A stretch of DNA of 64,000 nt from a bacterium (GTDB lineage Bacteria > Fidelibacterota > Marinisomatia > Marinisomatales > JAHJCW01): assembly GCA_028282845.1 (NCBI GenBank), contig JANQGY010000015.1, forward strand, positions 77,372 to 141,371, in the 5' to 3' direction. Below the pieces are notes generated by a model. The model searched no databases. It was not told the DNA's origin and saw nothing but the letters and a program-made list of their open reading frames with translations. Both the position numbers and the translations under genes were made by a program. This document shows, piece after piece, positions 1-10,499 of the stretch; within the stretch, counting starts at the first letter, position 1, and the number at the start of each line of letters is the position of its first letter.

Positions 1-1469
1 TCAAAATAAGCTAAATCATTTTTATATTCAATTAATTCGTAGTATTTTGATTTTTTATCGATTGAGTTGATAATCACCACCACTAATTCGGATATGTAGT
101 ACAGTATTAGGCTGGGGTCATTTAGATAGTATTTTCTTGTTTTAAATATTTTTTTCCTTTTAGTAGTTGTCTCGGAACGACGACATTTTGAAATATCATT
201 TTCAGTAAAATTTTCAATATCATCTATCAATTTATTATATAATTGGTCAATGCCATCGTGAATAGAATCATATTTATTATCAAATGATGTGTTTAGACTT
301 AAATATTCAACTAATTCATTTTTTGTAATATTATACATAAAATCTATACTATTGGTCATTGCAAAATCGTTATTAATTTTTTTGGAGTCAATATCTTCCA
401 CAATGGTATTGCTATAATCAACAACAAGATTGACTTTTGAATATTTTGTTAACAAAATTCCAAAGGATAGCATTATTGCACGGGGTGCTATGATAAATAT
501 TATTGCAGTTAATGACCATAAATGTATCCATTGTCCAGCGTTTTCTGACCCGCGATTGATATTAATATTTGAAAGATCAATAGCTGTTGGTAAATCAAAA
601 TTTATAGCGTTTGCTGCTGGTGTTAAAACCACATTGAGTATTTTTTCAACAATATGTGCATTTAGAAATGTACTCTCCCAGTTCACTCTATACTCATTTG
701 TCAGTGAACTAAAATACATCCCAAGAATTATCCCTAGACATAATCCAATAGAATACAAATTTAATCCAATTTTGACTTTCCTAATTATTTGTTTTTCAAA
801 TACTTTTAAATATTCATTAATATATTTATTAGTTGCATTAGTAAAAACTTCGCTCAATGAGAATTGAATACTTTTAAGTTTATTTTTTTTATCTTTATCT
901 ATTTTCTTTTCTAAAATCCATAAAATACTTCTAACTATAAATCCCCTTTTCTGACCTTTATAATGTTCTGCTTTCTTATTATACTTGGTCGAAAAAATGT
1001 TTATTAAATTATTTATTAATTTATAAATTGAATTTACTTTAGATTTTATTTGGTTCTCCGCAAGAACAACAAATACATTTAAATATCTAAATATTTTTAA
1101 TGAAATTATTCCTATATTCCAAAATATCAATGATAATATTGGTACAGACAATAAATTAATTTGTTTGCTCTCTCCGAGTCCACTTGTAAAAGTACCTAAT
1201 AGAATAAAAATAAAAAACAGTGCTATCACAAGTATAGTTGGTACAAAATTAATGCCTAAAACAATATTTACAGGAATTTTCTGATTTAGTAAGTAATCAT
1301 ATATTGTATTTGTTCTTTTAATGAGTCTTCTGGATATATTTTCTTCAGATTGGACATCTTTTGCAGCAGAAAATTTTATCTGGGAGGGGATTAATTCACT
1401 ATGTCTGTCGACACTTTCAAATGAATTAATTAATAATATTTTGGACGCTATTTTTGAATCAAATTTCAC
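1..1469 (-). CDS. Hypothetical multi-pass membrane protein, C-terminal end beyond the window (489 codons visible); possibly DUF2868-like
   Basis: Hand translation of the minus strand gives an uninterrupted frame from GTG 1469-1467 (preceded by in-frame TAA) to position 1. It is absent from the ORF track because it has no stop in the window. Hydrophobic helices include VPTILVIALFFIFILLG, LSVPILSLIFWNIGIISL, IGLNLYSIGLCLGIILGMYF and WIHLWSLTAIIFIIAP. YRVNWESTFLNAH...GQWIHLWSLTA recalls DUF2868 from memory only. Confidence 0.55.
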   Translation of the reverse strand, partial: MKFDSKIASKILLINSFESVDRHSELIPSQIKFSAAKDVQSEENISRRLIKRTNTIYDYLLNQKIPVNIVLGINFVPTILVIALFFIFILLGTFTSGLGESKQINLLSVPILSLIFWNIGIISLKIFRYLNVFVVLAENQIKSKVNSIYKLINNLINIFSTKYNKKAEHYKGQKRGFIVRSILWILEKKIDKDKKNKLKSIQFSLSEVFTNATNKYINEYLKVFEKQIIRKVKIGLNLYSIGLCLGIILGMYFSSLTNEYRVNWESTFLNAHIVEKILNVVLTPAANAINFDLPTAIDLSNININRGSENAGQWIHLWSLTAIIFIIAPRAIMLSFGILLTKYSKVNLVVDYSNTIVEDIDSKKINNDFAMTNSIDFMYNITKNELVEYLSLNTSFDNKYDSIHDGIDQLYNKLIDDIENFTENDISKCRRSETTTKRKKIFKTRKYYLNDPSLILYYISELVVVIINSIDKKSKYYELIEYKNDLAYF

Positions 1470-1539
1470 AACTAATTAAAAATTCCTGTGTTTTTTTCTT
1501 CATAAAATGACGAGATAGGTAATTTAACAAATCAAAGTG

Positions 1540-1614
1540 TCGGGGCGGCGAGATTTGAACTCGCGACCTCTTGACCCCCAGTCAAGCGCGCTAACCGGGC
1601 TGCGCCACGCCCCG
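1540..1614 (-). tRNA. tRNA-Pro (anticodon GGG)
   Basis: Reverse complement CGGGGCG-TG-GCGC...GCGC-CTTGA-CTGGGGG-TCAAG-AGGTC-GCGAG-TTCAAAT-CTCGC-CGCCCCG-A folds as a 75-nt cloverleaf. The anticodon loop is CT-GGG-GG. No CCA is encoded. Confidence 0.9.
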
Positions 1615-1648
1615 TGCATAAAAATTCAATGGGAAATTACTGATAATA

Positions 1649-2038
1649 TTAATTATTAATCAGATCTAATATTGATTTTAGCTGATCACGAACTTCTAAT
1701 AAGACCGAAGCTTCTTTGGGACTTGGAGATGATTTTTCCTTTTCAACTTTTGAAGGAGTTTCCTCCTTTGGCTTTTCAACTATCTGTGGTGTAATCGCCA
1801 ACTGGTTCCGCGCACCTTCGATTGTAAATTTTTTATCATACAATAATTCTTTAATCCGCAAGATAATATCAATATCTTTTTTGCGGTAGGTCCGGTTTCC
1901 CGCTCTATTTTTTGGCGGTCTTAGCTCCCGAAATTCAGTCTCCCAGTACCGCAACACATAAGATTTTAAACCGGTAAGATTGCAAGCCTCCCCTATTGAA
2001 TAATACAATTTCTTAATATCGGTGTTCTTTTCTTCCAT
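1649..2038 (-). CDS. MerR-family HTH transcriptional regulator
   Basis: 129 aa. The N-terminal YSIGEACNLTGLKSYVLRYWETEF...RTYRKKDI is the MerR winged-HTH signature. ATG start. Confidence 0.85.
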   Translation of the reverse strand: MEEKNTDIKKLYYSIGEACNLTGLKSYVLRYWETEFRELRPPKNRAGNRTYRKKDIDIILRIKELLYDKKFTIEGARNQLAITPQIVEKPKEETPSKVEKEKSSPSPKEASVLLEVRDQLKSILDLINN

Positions 2039-2130
2039 AATAATTATTTAAAGTATTACTTCATATTAATAATAATATATTATTTAAGCAATACTTTAAT
2101 GAAGTAGTGGATATGTTTTAATAACCGTAT

Positions 2131-3528
2131 CTATTGATTGACATATTTATTATGAAAATCTATCCATTTTGGCAATACATTTTGAAGCAAAGCTTTAGAA
2201 GGTAGAAATGCAATTCGTAAATGGTGCGTATCGGATTTTTGACCGAAACCTGATCCGTTGACAACACAAAGTCCGGTTTCTTCCAATAAACTCATGCAAT
2301 AATCGAAATCTGTTTTGCCACTAGCCAGATGATTGATCCTTGGAAATAGGTATAATGCTCCGATTTTTCCGAAACATTCCATTCCATCCATTTCTTTAAA
2401 AGAATTGCGTATTATTGTTGCTTTTTCAAACAGCTCATCCAATATCTGTTTTTTCTCGCTGTTGAAAGAAGAAAATTCATCACTGTTTTGGTCGGGAGGA
2501 TTGACCATTAAATAAACTAATGCCTGTCCAATGGTATTAGAACAAAGATTAACCGATGATACTTTAAATAATAGTTCTATGAATGATAGTTCTGAATTCT
2601 CAACATCGGGTGGATTTCTAACTTCCAAATATCCGCCTCTTTGTCCGCATTCACCGTAAAATCCCTTCGAAACACTATGCAGACTGAACAAAGGTATTTT
2701 GCGATCACCGATCGCTTTCGCAAATGAAGTAAATATTCCACCATATAAATTTTCCTGATAAACCTCGTCAGCGATAATCGCAAGATCATGCTTACCAGCG
2801 AAGTCAATAACTTGCTTGATGCTATCATCGTTAAGTATCGCCCCGGTTGGATTAGCGGGATTTATCACAACGATTGCTTTAACGTTTATACCATCGCTGA
2901 TAGCGGCATTAATAGAGTCCTCTAAATTTTCTATATTCAAAGACCAATCATCGTCTTCATCAGGATAATAGTTTACCTGTGCTCCACCACAACGTCGAAT
3001 TGTTGCCGAATATAATGGATATTGCGGAATCGGGATCATAATTCCGTCTTTATTATTTGTGATAAGTAATTCCAAAACGGCTTTAGCGCCTTCGCTTGCA
3101 CCATCTGTCAAGAAAATATTATCCGGATTTGATTGTAAATTCGGTTGCGAAGAGTCAATTCCATCACGCTTATCAATATACTTAGCTACGGACTCACGAA
3201 TAAAAGAAAATCCCTTACTTTCAGTGTATGCCCCCAAACCCGTTTCCATTTGTGTTAATAAATCGTCGGCTAAGTCAAGTGCATAGTTCGAAATTGATTT
3301 TAACTCGCCGATCTTTCTTTCTCTTAAAATCAATTTGGGATTTTCGAGAAGTGATAGAATATCACGGTAAAATGTAATCGGCTTTTGGCCAAGTGCTTGC
3401 GGATTTCCGATATTACAGGGAATAATCTGCTTTCCCTCTTTTTTCAATACCGCTGCTCTTTGAGGAATCCTCCCCCGCACCGCGTATTCTAATTCAACAA
3501 TATTTTTATTAACAATAATACTTTTCAT
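2131..3528 (-). CDS. PLP-dependent aminotransferase, alanine aminotransferase (ALT/GPT)-like
   Basis: 465 aa. The PLP-lysine region SVSKGFYGECGQRGGY matches the ALT-type SxSKG..GECG.RGGY signature. INPANPTG is present. Confidence 0.85.
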   Translation of the reverse strand: MKSIIVNKNIVELEYAVRGRIPQRAAVLKKEGKQIIPCNIGNPQALGQKPITFYRDILSLLENPKLILRERKIGELKSISNYALDLADDLLTQMETGLGAYTESKGFSFIRESVAKYIDKRDGIDSSQPNLQSNPDNIFLTDGASEGAKAVLELLITNNKDGIMIPIPQYPLYSATIRRCGGAQVNYYPDEDDDWSLNIENLEDSINAAISDGINVKAIVVINPANPTGAILNDDSIKQVIDFAGKHDLAIIADEVYQENLYGGIFTSFAKAIGDRKIPLFSLHSVSKGFYGECGQRGGYLEVRNPPDVENSELSFIELLFKVSSVNLCSNTIGQALVYLMVNPPDQNSDEFSSFNSEKKQILDELFEKATIIRNSFKEMDGMECFGKIGALYLFPRINHLASGKTDFDYCMSLLEETGLCVVNGSGFGQKSDTHHLRIAFLPSKALLQNVLPKWIDFHNKYVNQ

Positions 3529-3540
3529 TTTATCTCACCA

Positions 3541-3567
3541 ATTAAAAAGGGCGAATATTTTCGCCCT
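3541..3567 (-). terminator. Rho-independent terminator after pnp
   Basis: Minus strand AGGGCGAA-AATA-TTCGCCCT followed by TTTTAAT, starting 6 nt after the pnp stop. Confidence 0.6.
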
Positions 3568-3573
3568 GATTAT

Positions 3574-5751
3574 TTATCTGTTTCTTTTGAAAGAATTGCC
3601 CCTTCCGCGATTATTATGTTTTCTTTTATTCCTATCGCGATTTCCGCGATCCTTTTTCTCGGGCTCGCGATAACCTTCCGGTTTCGGTAGCAATACTTTC
3701 CGGCTTAGGTCCAAACGTCCTTGATCATCTATTTTGATCAGTTTAACTTTGATCATATCGCCGGTTTTTACGACATCCTCAACTTTTTCGGTACGTTTCC
3801 AATCAAGCTCAGAAATATGGCATAAGCCTTCCTTCCCTGGAGCTATTTCAACAAAAGCTCCAAAAGTCATAAGCCGTGTCACAATTCCATCAAACTCCAT
3901 TCCGACTTCGGGTTCAAAAGTACTGGCTTTCACTAATTCAAGCGCATCGTTGCATTTGGCAACATCATCGCCTGCGATCGAGACCAATCCTTCATCATCT
4001 ACATCTATTTCGCACTCGGTATCGGCAATAATTTGTTTGATGTTTTTACCACCGGGACCGATCAATGCACCGATCTTGTCAGGATCAATCTGCAGGAACA
4101 GTATTCGAGGAGCGTATTCCGAAATTTCATTCGGATCTGGCGCTGCTGTATTCATTAAATCCAAAATATGCAGTCTGCCACGTCTCGCTTGCTCAAGCGC
4201 TTCTTCCATTAATTCAAATGAAATACCGTCAATTTTTAGATCCAACTGGATTGCAGTTATACCGTCTTCAGTGCCAGCTACTTTGAAATCCATATCACCT
4301 AAATGGTCTTCGACGCCCAAGATATCGCTGAGTATAGCGTATTTCTGATCTTCAAGGATCAAGCCCATAGCGATTCCGGCGACATGCTTCTCAATATTGG
4401 CTCCGGCATTCATCAATGCCAATGATCCTCCACAAACTGAAGCCATTGAAGACGAACCGTTTGACTCCGTTATTTCCGAAACTAATCTTATCGTATATGG
4501 GAAATCATCATATCTCGGCAATACCGGTTTTAAAGCCCTCTCCGCCAAATTACCATGGCCAATTTCACGCCGACTGGTAAATCCAATCCTACCAACTTCA
4601 CCAACCGAATATGGCGGAAAATTATAATGTAACATGAACTGTTTTTTATAATCCTCTTCCATTCCGTCAATGATCTGTTCATCGCGTTTGGTGCCTAAAG
4701 TAGCCACAACAAGAGCCTGCGTCTCACCGCGGGTAAATAGCGTTGAACCATGCGTACGCGGTAATATCCCCTGCTCAATAGTGATTTGTCTTATATCGGT
4801 TAATTTTCTTCCGTCGGAACGTACTTTTTTCGCAAGAATTTGGTCTCTGAAAGCAGTCTTCAGTTTATCATTAATGATATTATTAATATCCTTTTCCTGC
4901 TCAGGAAAATCCTCTTCTAATTTTTCGATAGCTGTCTCGTGCAATGCATCAGTAGCATTCTGACGCTCTAATTTGTCAGCTATTTTAATTATTTTAGCAA
5001 TTTCCTTATCAACAAGCTCACTTACCTTCTTCTCAAGATTTTCATCTTTTTCGATCGGGACAACTTCTCGCTTGCTCACTTTAAGATCTTTGTGCATTTC
5101 TTTTTGCAGTTCAATGATCTGAACGATGCTTTCATAGGCAAATTTTAAAGCATCAATCAATTGATCCTCAGTAATAATCTTTGCTTCGCCTTCTACCATC
5201 ACAATCGAGTTTTCATTGCCGGAAACGATCAGATCAATTTGTGATTCCTCCATCTCTTTAATAGTTGGGAACACAATAAACTTGTTGTCAATCATTCCAA
5301 CCGAAACGGTGGCGATCGGACCTTCCCAAGGTATATCGGATACGGTCAATGCCGCCGATGCACCAATACCGGCTAATACACCGGCCGAATTTTTACCATC
5401 GCTTGCTAAAGCGGTAACAATTACCTGAGTTTCATTTCTATAATCTTTTGGAAATAGCGGTCTGATCGGACGATCTGTCAATCGGCTTGTCAATACCTCT
5501 TTTTCGGACGGTTTAGCTTCACGCTTAAAAAAGCCGCCCGGAATTTTTCCACCGGCATAATGCCGCTCACGATATTCTACTTGCAGCGGGAAATAATCTA
5601 AATCTTCCCGTATTTCTTTTGCTGAATTAACGGCAGCTAAAATCGTGGTTTCGCCATAAGTTACCAGTACTGCCCCATCGGATTGCCGTGCAATACGACC
5701 GGTTTCAATACTAAGCGTTCTTCCGCCAATTTCCTTTTTATATAATTTCAT
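3574..5751 (-). CDS. pnp: Polyribonucleotide nucleotidyltransferase (PNPase)
   Basis: 725 aa with two RNase PH domains, then KH and S1 (GMEFDGIVTRLMTFGAFVEI) and a basic tail. It lies directly downstream of rpsO, as is usual. Confidence 0.97.
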   Translation of the reverse strand: MKLYKKEIGGRTLSIETGRIARQSDGAVLVTYGETTILAAVNSAKEIREDLDYFPLQVEYRERHYAGGKIPGGFFKREAKPSEKEVLTSRLTDRPIRPLFPKDYRNETQVIVTALASDGKNSAGVLAGIGASAALTVSDIPWEGPIATVSVGMIDNKFIVFPTIKEMEESQIDLIVSGNENSIVMVEGEAKIITEDQLIDALKFAYESIVQIIELQKEMHKDLKVSKREVVPIEKDENLEKKVSELVDKEIAKIIKIADKLERQNATDALHETAIEKLEEDFPEQEKDINNIINDKLKTAFRDQILAKKVRSDGRKLTDIRQITIEQGILPRTHGSTLFTRGETQALVVATLGTKRDEQIIDGMEEDYKKQFMLHYNFPPYSVGEVGRIGFTSRREIGHGNLAERALKPVLPRYDDFPYTIRLVSEITESNGSSSMASVCGGSLALMNAGANIEKHVAGIAMGLILEDQKYAILSDILGVEDHLGDMDFKVAGTEDGITAIQLDLKIDGISFELMEEALEQARRGRLHILDLMNTAAPDPNEISEYAPRILFLQIDPDKIGALIGPGGKNIKQIIADTECEIDVDDEGLVSIAGDDVAKCNDALELVKASTFEPEVGMEFDGIVTRLMTFGAFVEIAPGKEGLCHISELDWKRTEKVEDVVKTGDMIKVKLIKIDDQGRLDLSRKVLLPKPEGYREPEKKDRGNRDRNKRKHNNRGRGNSFKRNR

Positions 5752-5759
5752 TAACTATT

Positions 5760-6029
5760 TTATCCTCTTATTCCCAAGTCCTTAATCAATTTGGTATATG
5801 ATTCCGGATTGGTTTTTATTAAATATTTCATCAATTTTTTACGTTGAGAAACTAATTTTACAAGGCCATGCCTTGAATGATTATCTTTTTTATGAACTTT
5901 TACATGTTCAGTTAAATCTCGAATCCTTTGAGTCAATAATGCTATTTGCGCTTCGGTTGAACCGGAGTCTTTTGCATCTTTACCAAATTTCTCGATTATT
6001 TCTTTTTTCTTTTCTCCACTAAGTGGCAT
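5760..6029 (-). CDS. rpsO: 30S ribosomal protein S15
   Basis: [34 protein letters not shown] is typical S15. I moved the start to ATG 6029, which has GGAGG 4 nt upstream; the track start 6044 lies inside the ribF stop region. Confidence 0.95.
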   Translation of the reverse strand: MPLSGEKKKEIIEKFGKDAKDSGSTEAQIALLTQRIRDLTEHVKVHKKDNHSRHGLVKLVSQRKKLMKYLIKTNPESYTKLIKDLGIRG

Positions 6030-6040
6030 TTTTCCTCCTA

Positions 6041-6979
6041 TCATATCTGCATATATTTATTTAGCAGATTTTTACATAGTTTTTCATCTTTAATTAATTG
6101 TTGCTTTAAATCTTCTTTAGATTCAAACTTATTCTCATCACGAATTCTTTCCAAAAATTCGATATAAATCTCTTTATCATACAGATTGGTGATCTGCGGA
6201 TTAAAAAAGTGGACCTCCATTGTCAATTTGCGCTCACCGAATGTCGGTCTGACGCCAAAATTACACATTCCATACAATTGATGTCCATTAACTCTTCCGC
6301 GCGTGAAATACACCCCTGGCTTAGGCAATAATTGATTTTTATCAACCGGATCAAGATTTGCCGTTGGATAATCTAATTCATGTCCCCTGCCCTTACCTTC
6401 GACAACCATTGCTTTATAGCCAAAAACACTGCCCAACTCAAACGATGCCCGCCGGACAAATCCATTTTTGATCAATTCCCTAATACCACTGCTTGATATT
6501 TTATTTCCTTCATCAGATACCGGATCAACAATATCCAAATCAATATTATTCGTAGCACAGTATTTTTTCAGATATTCCGGAGAGCCCTGCCGGTCCTTAC
6601 CAAAATGATGGTCAAATCCAATAACGATATGAATTGGATTCAATTTTTCCACTATGATCTTATCCAAAAATTCTCGGGCGGTGGTAGTGGAAAATTCAAA
6701 AGTAAACGGTATGACCAATACTCTGTTGACCTGTAGCCTATCCAAAATATCCAATTTTTGATCTAATGATTGAATTAAGGAAATATTTTCATCGGACAAC
6801 ACCTGCCTTGGATGAGGATCAAATGTAACCACGACCGATTCAGTATCCTTTGCTTTACCAATAGATACTAAATGTTTCAATATTTCCTGATGACCGCGAT
6901 GCAATCCATCAAAAGTACCAATGGTAACTACACTTTTGTCGAGTGTTGGAAATTTATCTATAGAGAAATATTTTTCCAT
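6041..6979 (-). CDS. ribF: Bifunctional riboflavin kinase / FAD synthetase
   Basis: 312 aa with [11 protein letters not shown] (nucleotidyltransferase) and a C-terminal riboflavin kinase region (PTANL, E.H). Confidence 0.93.
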   Translation of the reverse strand: MEKYFSIDKFPTLDKSVVTIGTFDGLHRGHQEILKHLVSIGKAKDTESVVVTFDPHPRQVLSDENISLIQSLDQKLDILDRLQVNRVLVIPFTFEFSTTTAREFLDKIIVEKLNPIHIVIGFDHHFGKDRQGSPEYLKKYCATNNIDLDIVDPVSDEGNKISSSGIRELIKNGFVRRASFELGSVFGYKAMVVEGKGRGHELDYPTANLDPVDKNQLLPKPGVYFTRGRVNGHQLYGMCNFGVRPTFGERKLTMEVHFFNPQITNLYDKEIYIEFLERIRDENKFESKEDLKQQLIKDEKLCKNLLNKYMQI

Positions 6980-7611
6980 TGCTTCTCGAATGTTTCAATC
7001 TTTATCGAATCATCTATTCGATAATTTCCAACCGCATTGCGAACAAGTTTTATCAAATGCCCAACAGTTCCAAGCGCTTTGGCTATATCACTACCCAATA
7101 CTCTAATATAGGTTCCTTTGGAGCAAGTTACGGAAAATTCAATGAGATCATTTTCAAGTTTGATCAATTTAAGGTCATAAATCTCAATTTCAATTGATTG
7201 GCGTTTAATTTCAATATTTTTGCGAGCAAGATCATACAATTTTTTCCCACCCACCTTTTTAGCTGAAAACATCGGTGGTATCTGTTTCTGCTTGCCAATA
7301 AAACCATTTAATATTTTTTCAACCATTTTAATTGACAATTCGGGTACCGCCGACCGATTTACTATTTTACCTTCAATGTCAAGTGTATCGGTTTCAACAC
7401 CTAACTTTAGTGTTGCAGTGTAGGATTTATTCTCTGAACTAACTGCAGTTAATTGTTTAGTATCTTTACCTGTACCGACTATCAAAACTCCCTCGGCGAA
7501 TGGATCCAATGTTCCGCCATGGCCAACTTTTTTCTCTTTCGTAAGATTACGTATCTTTTTAACTACATCAAAAGATGTCCAATCAACCGGCTTATATATA
7601 TTATAAATCAT
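6958..7611 (-). CDS. truB: tRNA pseudouridine(55) synthase
   Basis: KPVDWTSFDVV...GHGGTLDPFAEGVL contains the catalytic Asp motif. The track start 7635 is TTG; ATG 7611 gives the usual N-terminus. Confidence 0.92.
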   Translation of the reverse strand: MIYNIYKPVDWTSFDVVKKIRNLTKEKKVGHGGTLDPFAEGVLIVGTGKDTKQLTAVSSENKSYTATLKLGVETDTLDIEGKIVNRSAVPELSIKMVEKILNGFIGKQKQIPPMFSAKKVGGKKLYDLARKNIEIKRQSIEIEIYDLKLIKLENDLIEFSVTCSKGTYIRVLGSDIAKALGTVGHLIKLVRNAVGNYRIDDSIKIETFEKQWKNISL

Positions 7612-7969
7612 TTGAGCTTTGGTGTATAGTATCAATTAACCGGTCAATTTTCTCTGAATATTCAATTGTTTCATCATAATAAAATGTCAATTCAGGTATA
7701 TTTTTAATATGTAATTCAGGTGCTAAATATTTACGAAACGTACCTTTCAGCAAATTTAATCCGGCGGTTATTTCTTCCGTATCTAAACGGGGTTTCAGAA
7801 CGCTATAAAATACTTTAGCCATTCGTAAATCCGGTGTGATCTTAGCAGATGTAAAGGTAATAAATCCTAAATGTGACAGGTCAATATATCTAACTTTTAT
7901 CTCGCCGAGAATTTCTAATAATTGATGTTCGATCCTCTCGGTACGCTTGTACGGTTTTTCTGATCTCAA
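7601..7969 (-). CDS. rbfA: Ribosome-binding factor A
   Basis: 122 aa in the position typical for RbfA between infB and truB. Only a TTG start is available (7969), overlapping the infB stop as TTGA. Confidence 0.88.
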   Translation of the reverse strand: MRSEKPYKRTERIEHQLLEILGEIKVRYIDLSHLGFITFTSAKITPDLRMAKVFYSVLKPRLDTEEITAGLNLLKGTFRKYLAPELHIKNIPELTFYYDETIEYSEKIDRLIDTIHQSSNDL

Positions 7970-10485
7970 GATGCTTCAAGCTTCCGTTTTACTTTAATGA
8001 TTTCATAAGCTTCTATGATATCGTTCTCATTATATTTCTTTACCTCTTCCAATCCAATACCGCATTCCAATCCTTCTTTTACTTCCTTGGCATCATCTTT
8101 AAAACGCTTAAGCGATGTAATGGCTTGATTGTCAAACAGTATTTCGTCATCACGTATCAGCCTTGCTTTAGCATTACGCGAAATAAGGCCTTCTTCTACC
8201 TTAGCGCCTGCAATAAATCCGATTTTGGGAATTTTGAATTGCGTCAGTACGATAGCCCTGCCAAGTATTTCTATTTTCTGCTCCGGTTCCAACAAACCTT
8301 CTAAAGCAAGTTTAAGTTCTTCAACCGCTTTATATATAATATTATAAGTGCGAATATCAACACCGGTACGTTTGGCTTGTAATTTCGCATTGGAACCGAC
8401 CTGAACATTAAAACCGACAATTACCGCTTTAGATGCTTCAGCAAGCAGCACATCCGATTCGGCAACCATTCCGACTGATTTATGAATTATATTAAGGCCT
8501 ACTTCACCGGTATTTAATTTCATTAAGGTTTCGGATAAAGCTTCAATCGAGCCGTCCACATCACCTTTAATAATCAGCGGCAACTCCTTCATACTACCTT
8601 CTTTGATCATAGCTGACATAGAATCTAAAGTATGGGCCACAATTTTCTTTTGGTCAATTTCACGGCTTCTGCGCTGACGTTCATTGGCAATTCTTTTTAA
8701 TTCGCGTTCATCTTCCAACGCTACGAATATATCGGCAGCCTGCGGTACTTTATCAAATCCCAAGATTTGTACCGAATCAGATGGAAACGCTTTTTTGATG
8801 CGCTTCCCTCTCTCATTCATAATCGCTCTCACTTTTCCGGGGTAATTACTACATAAGAATGGGTCGCCGACATTTAAAGTACCTTTCTGAATAAGTATGG
8901 TAGCAATTGGTCCATAACCTTTATCAAGCCGTGAATCAACAACAGTTCCTTTTGCCAAGGTATCTTTATTGGCTCTCAATTCCAACATTTCCGCTTCTAA
9001 TAATATTGCGGTCATCAGGTCATCTATCCCGGTTCCGTTTTTAGCCGAAGTTGGAATACTTTGTACTTTTCCGCCCCAACTTTCTACCAATACATTGTGA
9101 TCGGCAAGTTGACGCTTAACTCTTTCTTCATCGGCGCCCGGCTTATCAATTTTATTGATCGCCACCACAATTGGTGCATCGGCAGCTTTGGCGTGATCAA
9201 TAGCCTCAATTGTTTGCGGCATAACGGCATCATCGGCGGCGACAACTAACACAACAATATCGGTAACCTGAGCGCCGCGTGCCCGCATTGCGGTAAAAGC
9301 CTCATGTCCGGGAGTATCAATGAAGGTTATCGTTTTACCATCTTCCAATTCAACTTTGTAAGCGCCGATATGCTGAGTAATGCCGCCGGATTCACCTGCC
9401 ACTACATTTTCATTACGGATAAAATCTAAAATTGAGGTTTTACCATGATCAACATGACCCATTACCGTAACAACCGGAGCTCTTGAAACAGCATTATCGT
9501 CATCTTCTTCAGTGGTATCCAAAGAAAATAATTCGCCTTCATCAGTACTTTCCTGTTCAGCTTTATAACCAAATTCCTCAGCGATTAACTCGATAACATC
9601 CCATTCGAGCCTTTGATTAATGGTTGCCATTATTCCCAAACCAAAACAGGTCTTGATGATTTCACCGGACGGAACATCTAACAATTTTGACAACTCGTCA
9701 ACACTGGCAAATTCAGTGATTTTGATTTTATTAGGTTCATCGACATCCTGACCGTCAATTCTTTCGCCTTTATCTTTTTTATACTGCTTCTTCTTTTTCC
9801 GTGAATCTATTTTAGCCAAAGTTTGTCGAACAGTATCCTTGGTTTTCTGTGCCGTCTTATCCTCTTTTTTCGTACCGGATTTTTCCTTCTTGGGGCTTTT
9901 TCCTTTGCTATCTAAATCAGATAGGCTAATCTTTCTTAATTTGCGTTTTTTGGCGGGTTTCTCTTTGGGAGAATCACTTTTTGCAGGTTGTTTTGCATCC
10001 GTCTCCTGCTTAATCTCGGAAGGTTTTTGTTCTACTTCTTCTAAGTCTTTTTCTACTTTAGCTTCTACCGCTTTTTGTTGTTCTAATTCAGCTTTTTTTA
10101 ATTGTTCAGCGGCTTCTCGTTCTTTTTTCTCTCGGGCTATTTGTTTTTGTTTGGCTAATTCCGCCTCTTTAATACTCTTGGCTTCTTTTTTCTCAAGGTC
10201 GCGCTGCTCATCAAGGGAAAGTAATTTTAATTTTTTGCCACTGGCTTGTTTTTCTTTTATGCGTTCATCTTGAATTTCCCTGCGAATCTGATCCTTACGG
10301 TAACGTTCCACATTCTCTTTGTCTTTAGCAAATTCGGATAATATAATTTGATGGGTATTCTCATCTACCGGAGACATGTGGCTGGCAACTTCCACACCTT
10401 GATTCTTCAGAAACTCTAAAATCTCAGTGTGAGAAATATTCAGTTCCTTGGCAATTTGAAATATTCTTAATGGTTTATTTGCCAT
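7966..10485 (-). CDS. infB: Translation initiation factor IF-2
   Basis: 839 aa with a K/E-rich N-terminal region, a GTPase domain (GHVDHGKTS, DTPGH, NKID) and C-terminal IF-2 domains. Confidence 0.97.
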   Translation of the reverse strand: MANKPLRIFQIAKELNISHTEILEFLKNQGVEVASHMSPVDENTHQIILSEFAKDKENVERYRKDQIRREIQDERIKEKQASGKKLKLLSLDEQRDLEKKEAKSIKEAELAKQKQIAREKKEREAAEQLKKAELEQQKAVEAKVEKDLEEVEQKPSEIKQETDAKQPAKSDSPKEKPAKKRKLRKISLSDLDSKGKSPKKEKSGTKKEDKTAQKTKDTVRQTLAKIDSRKKKKQYKKDKGERIDGQDVDEPNKIKITEFASVDELSKLLDVPSGEIIKTCFGLGIMATINQRLEWDVIELIAEEFGYKAEQESTDEGELFSLDTTEEDDDNAVSRAPVVTVMGHVDHGKTSILDFIRNENVVAGESGGITQHIGAYKVELEDGKTITFIDTPGHEAFTAMRARGAQVTDIVVLVVAADDAVMPQTIEAIDHAKAADAPIVVAINKIDKPGADEERVKRQLADHNVLVESWGGKVQSIPTSAKNGTGIDDLMTAILLEAEMLELRANKDTLAKGTVVDSRLDKGYGPIATILIQKGTLNVGDPFLCSNYPGKVRAIMNERGKRIKKAFPSDSVQILGFDKVPQAADIFVALEDERELKRIANERQRRSREIDQKKIVAHTLDSMSAMIKEGSMKELPLIIKGDVDGSIEALSETLMKLNTGEVGLNIIHKSVGMVAESDVLLAEASKAVIVGFNVQVGSNAKLQAKRTGVDIRTYNIIYKAVEELKLALEGLLEPEQKIEILGRAIVLTQFKIPKIGFIAGAKVEEGLISRNAKARLIRDDEILFDNQAITSLKRFKDDAKEVKEGLECGIGLEEVKKYNENDIIEAYEIIKVKRKLEAS

Positions 10486-10499
10486 ATAAAAGTTACCTA

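Noticed and set aside
430-867. 145-aa plus-strand ORF, the only track ORF in the first 1.5 kb
   Set aside because: It lies antisense to a continuous 489-codon minus-strand frame with membrane-protein character. Its own sequence is low-complexity with no motif, so it is most likely a shadow ORF.
3734-4348. Long plus-strand ORFs inside conserved minus-strand genes (for example 3734-4348 in pnp, 9839-10273 in infB, 30321-30674 in gpsA, 32811-33170 in the ligase gene, 46046-46567 in accA)
   Set aside because: They are antisense to genes with unambiguous conserved motifs. Their translated sequences are Ser/Ile/Phe-rich nonsense typical of shadow frames.
9840-10270. Repetitive K/E/A-rich coding region that looked like an internal repeat array
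   Set aside because: It is the usual low-complexity charged N-terminal region of IF-2, not an independent element.
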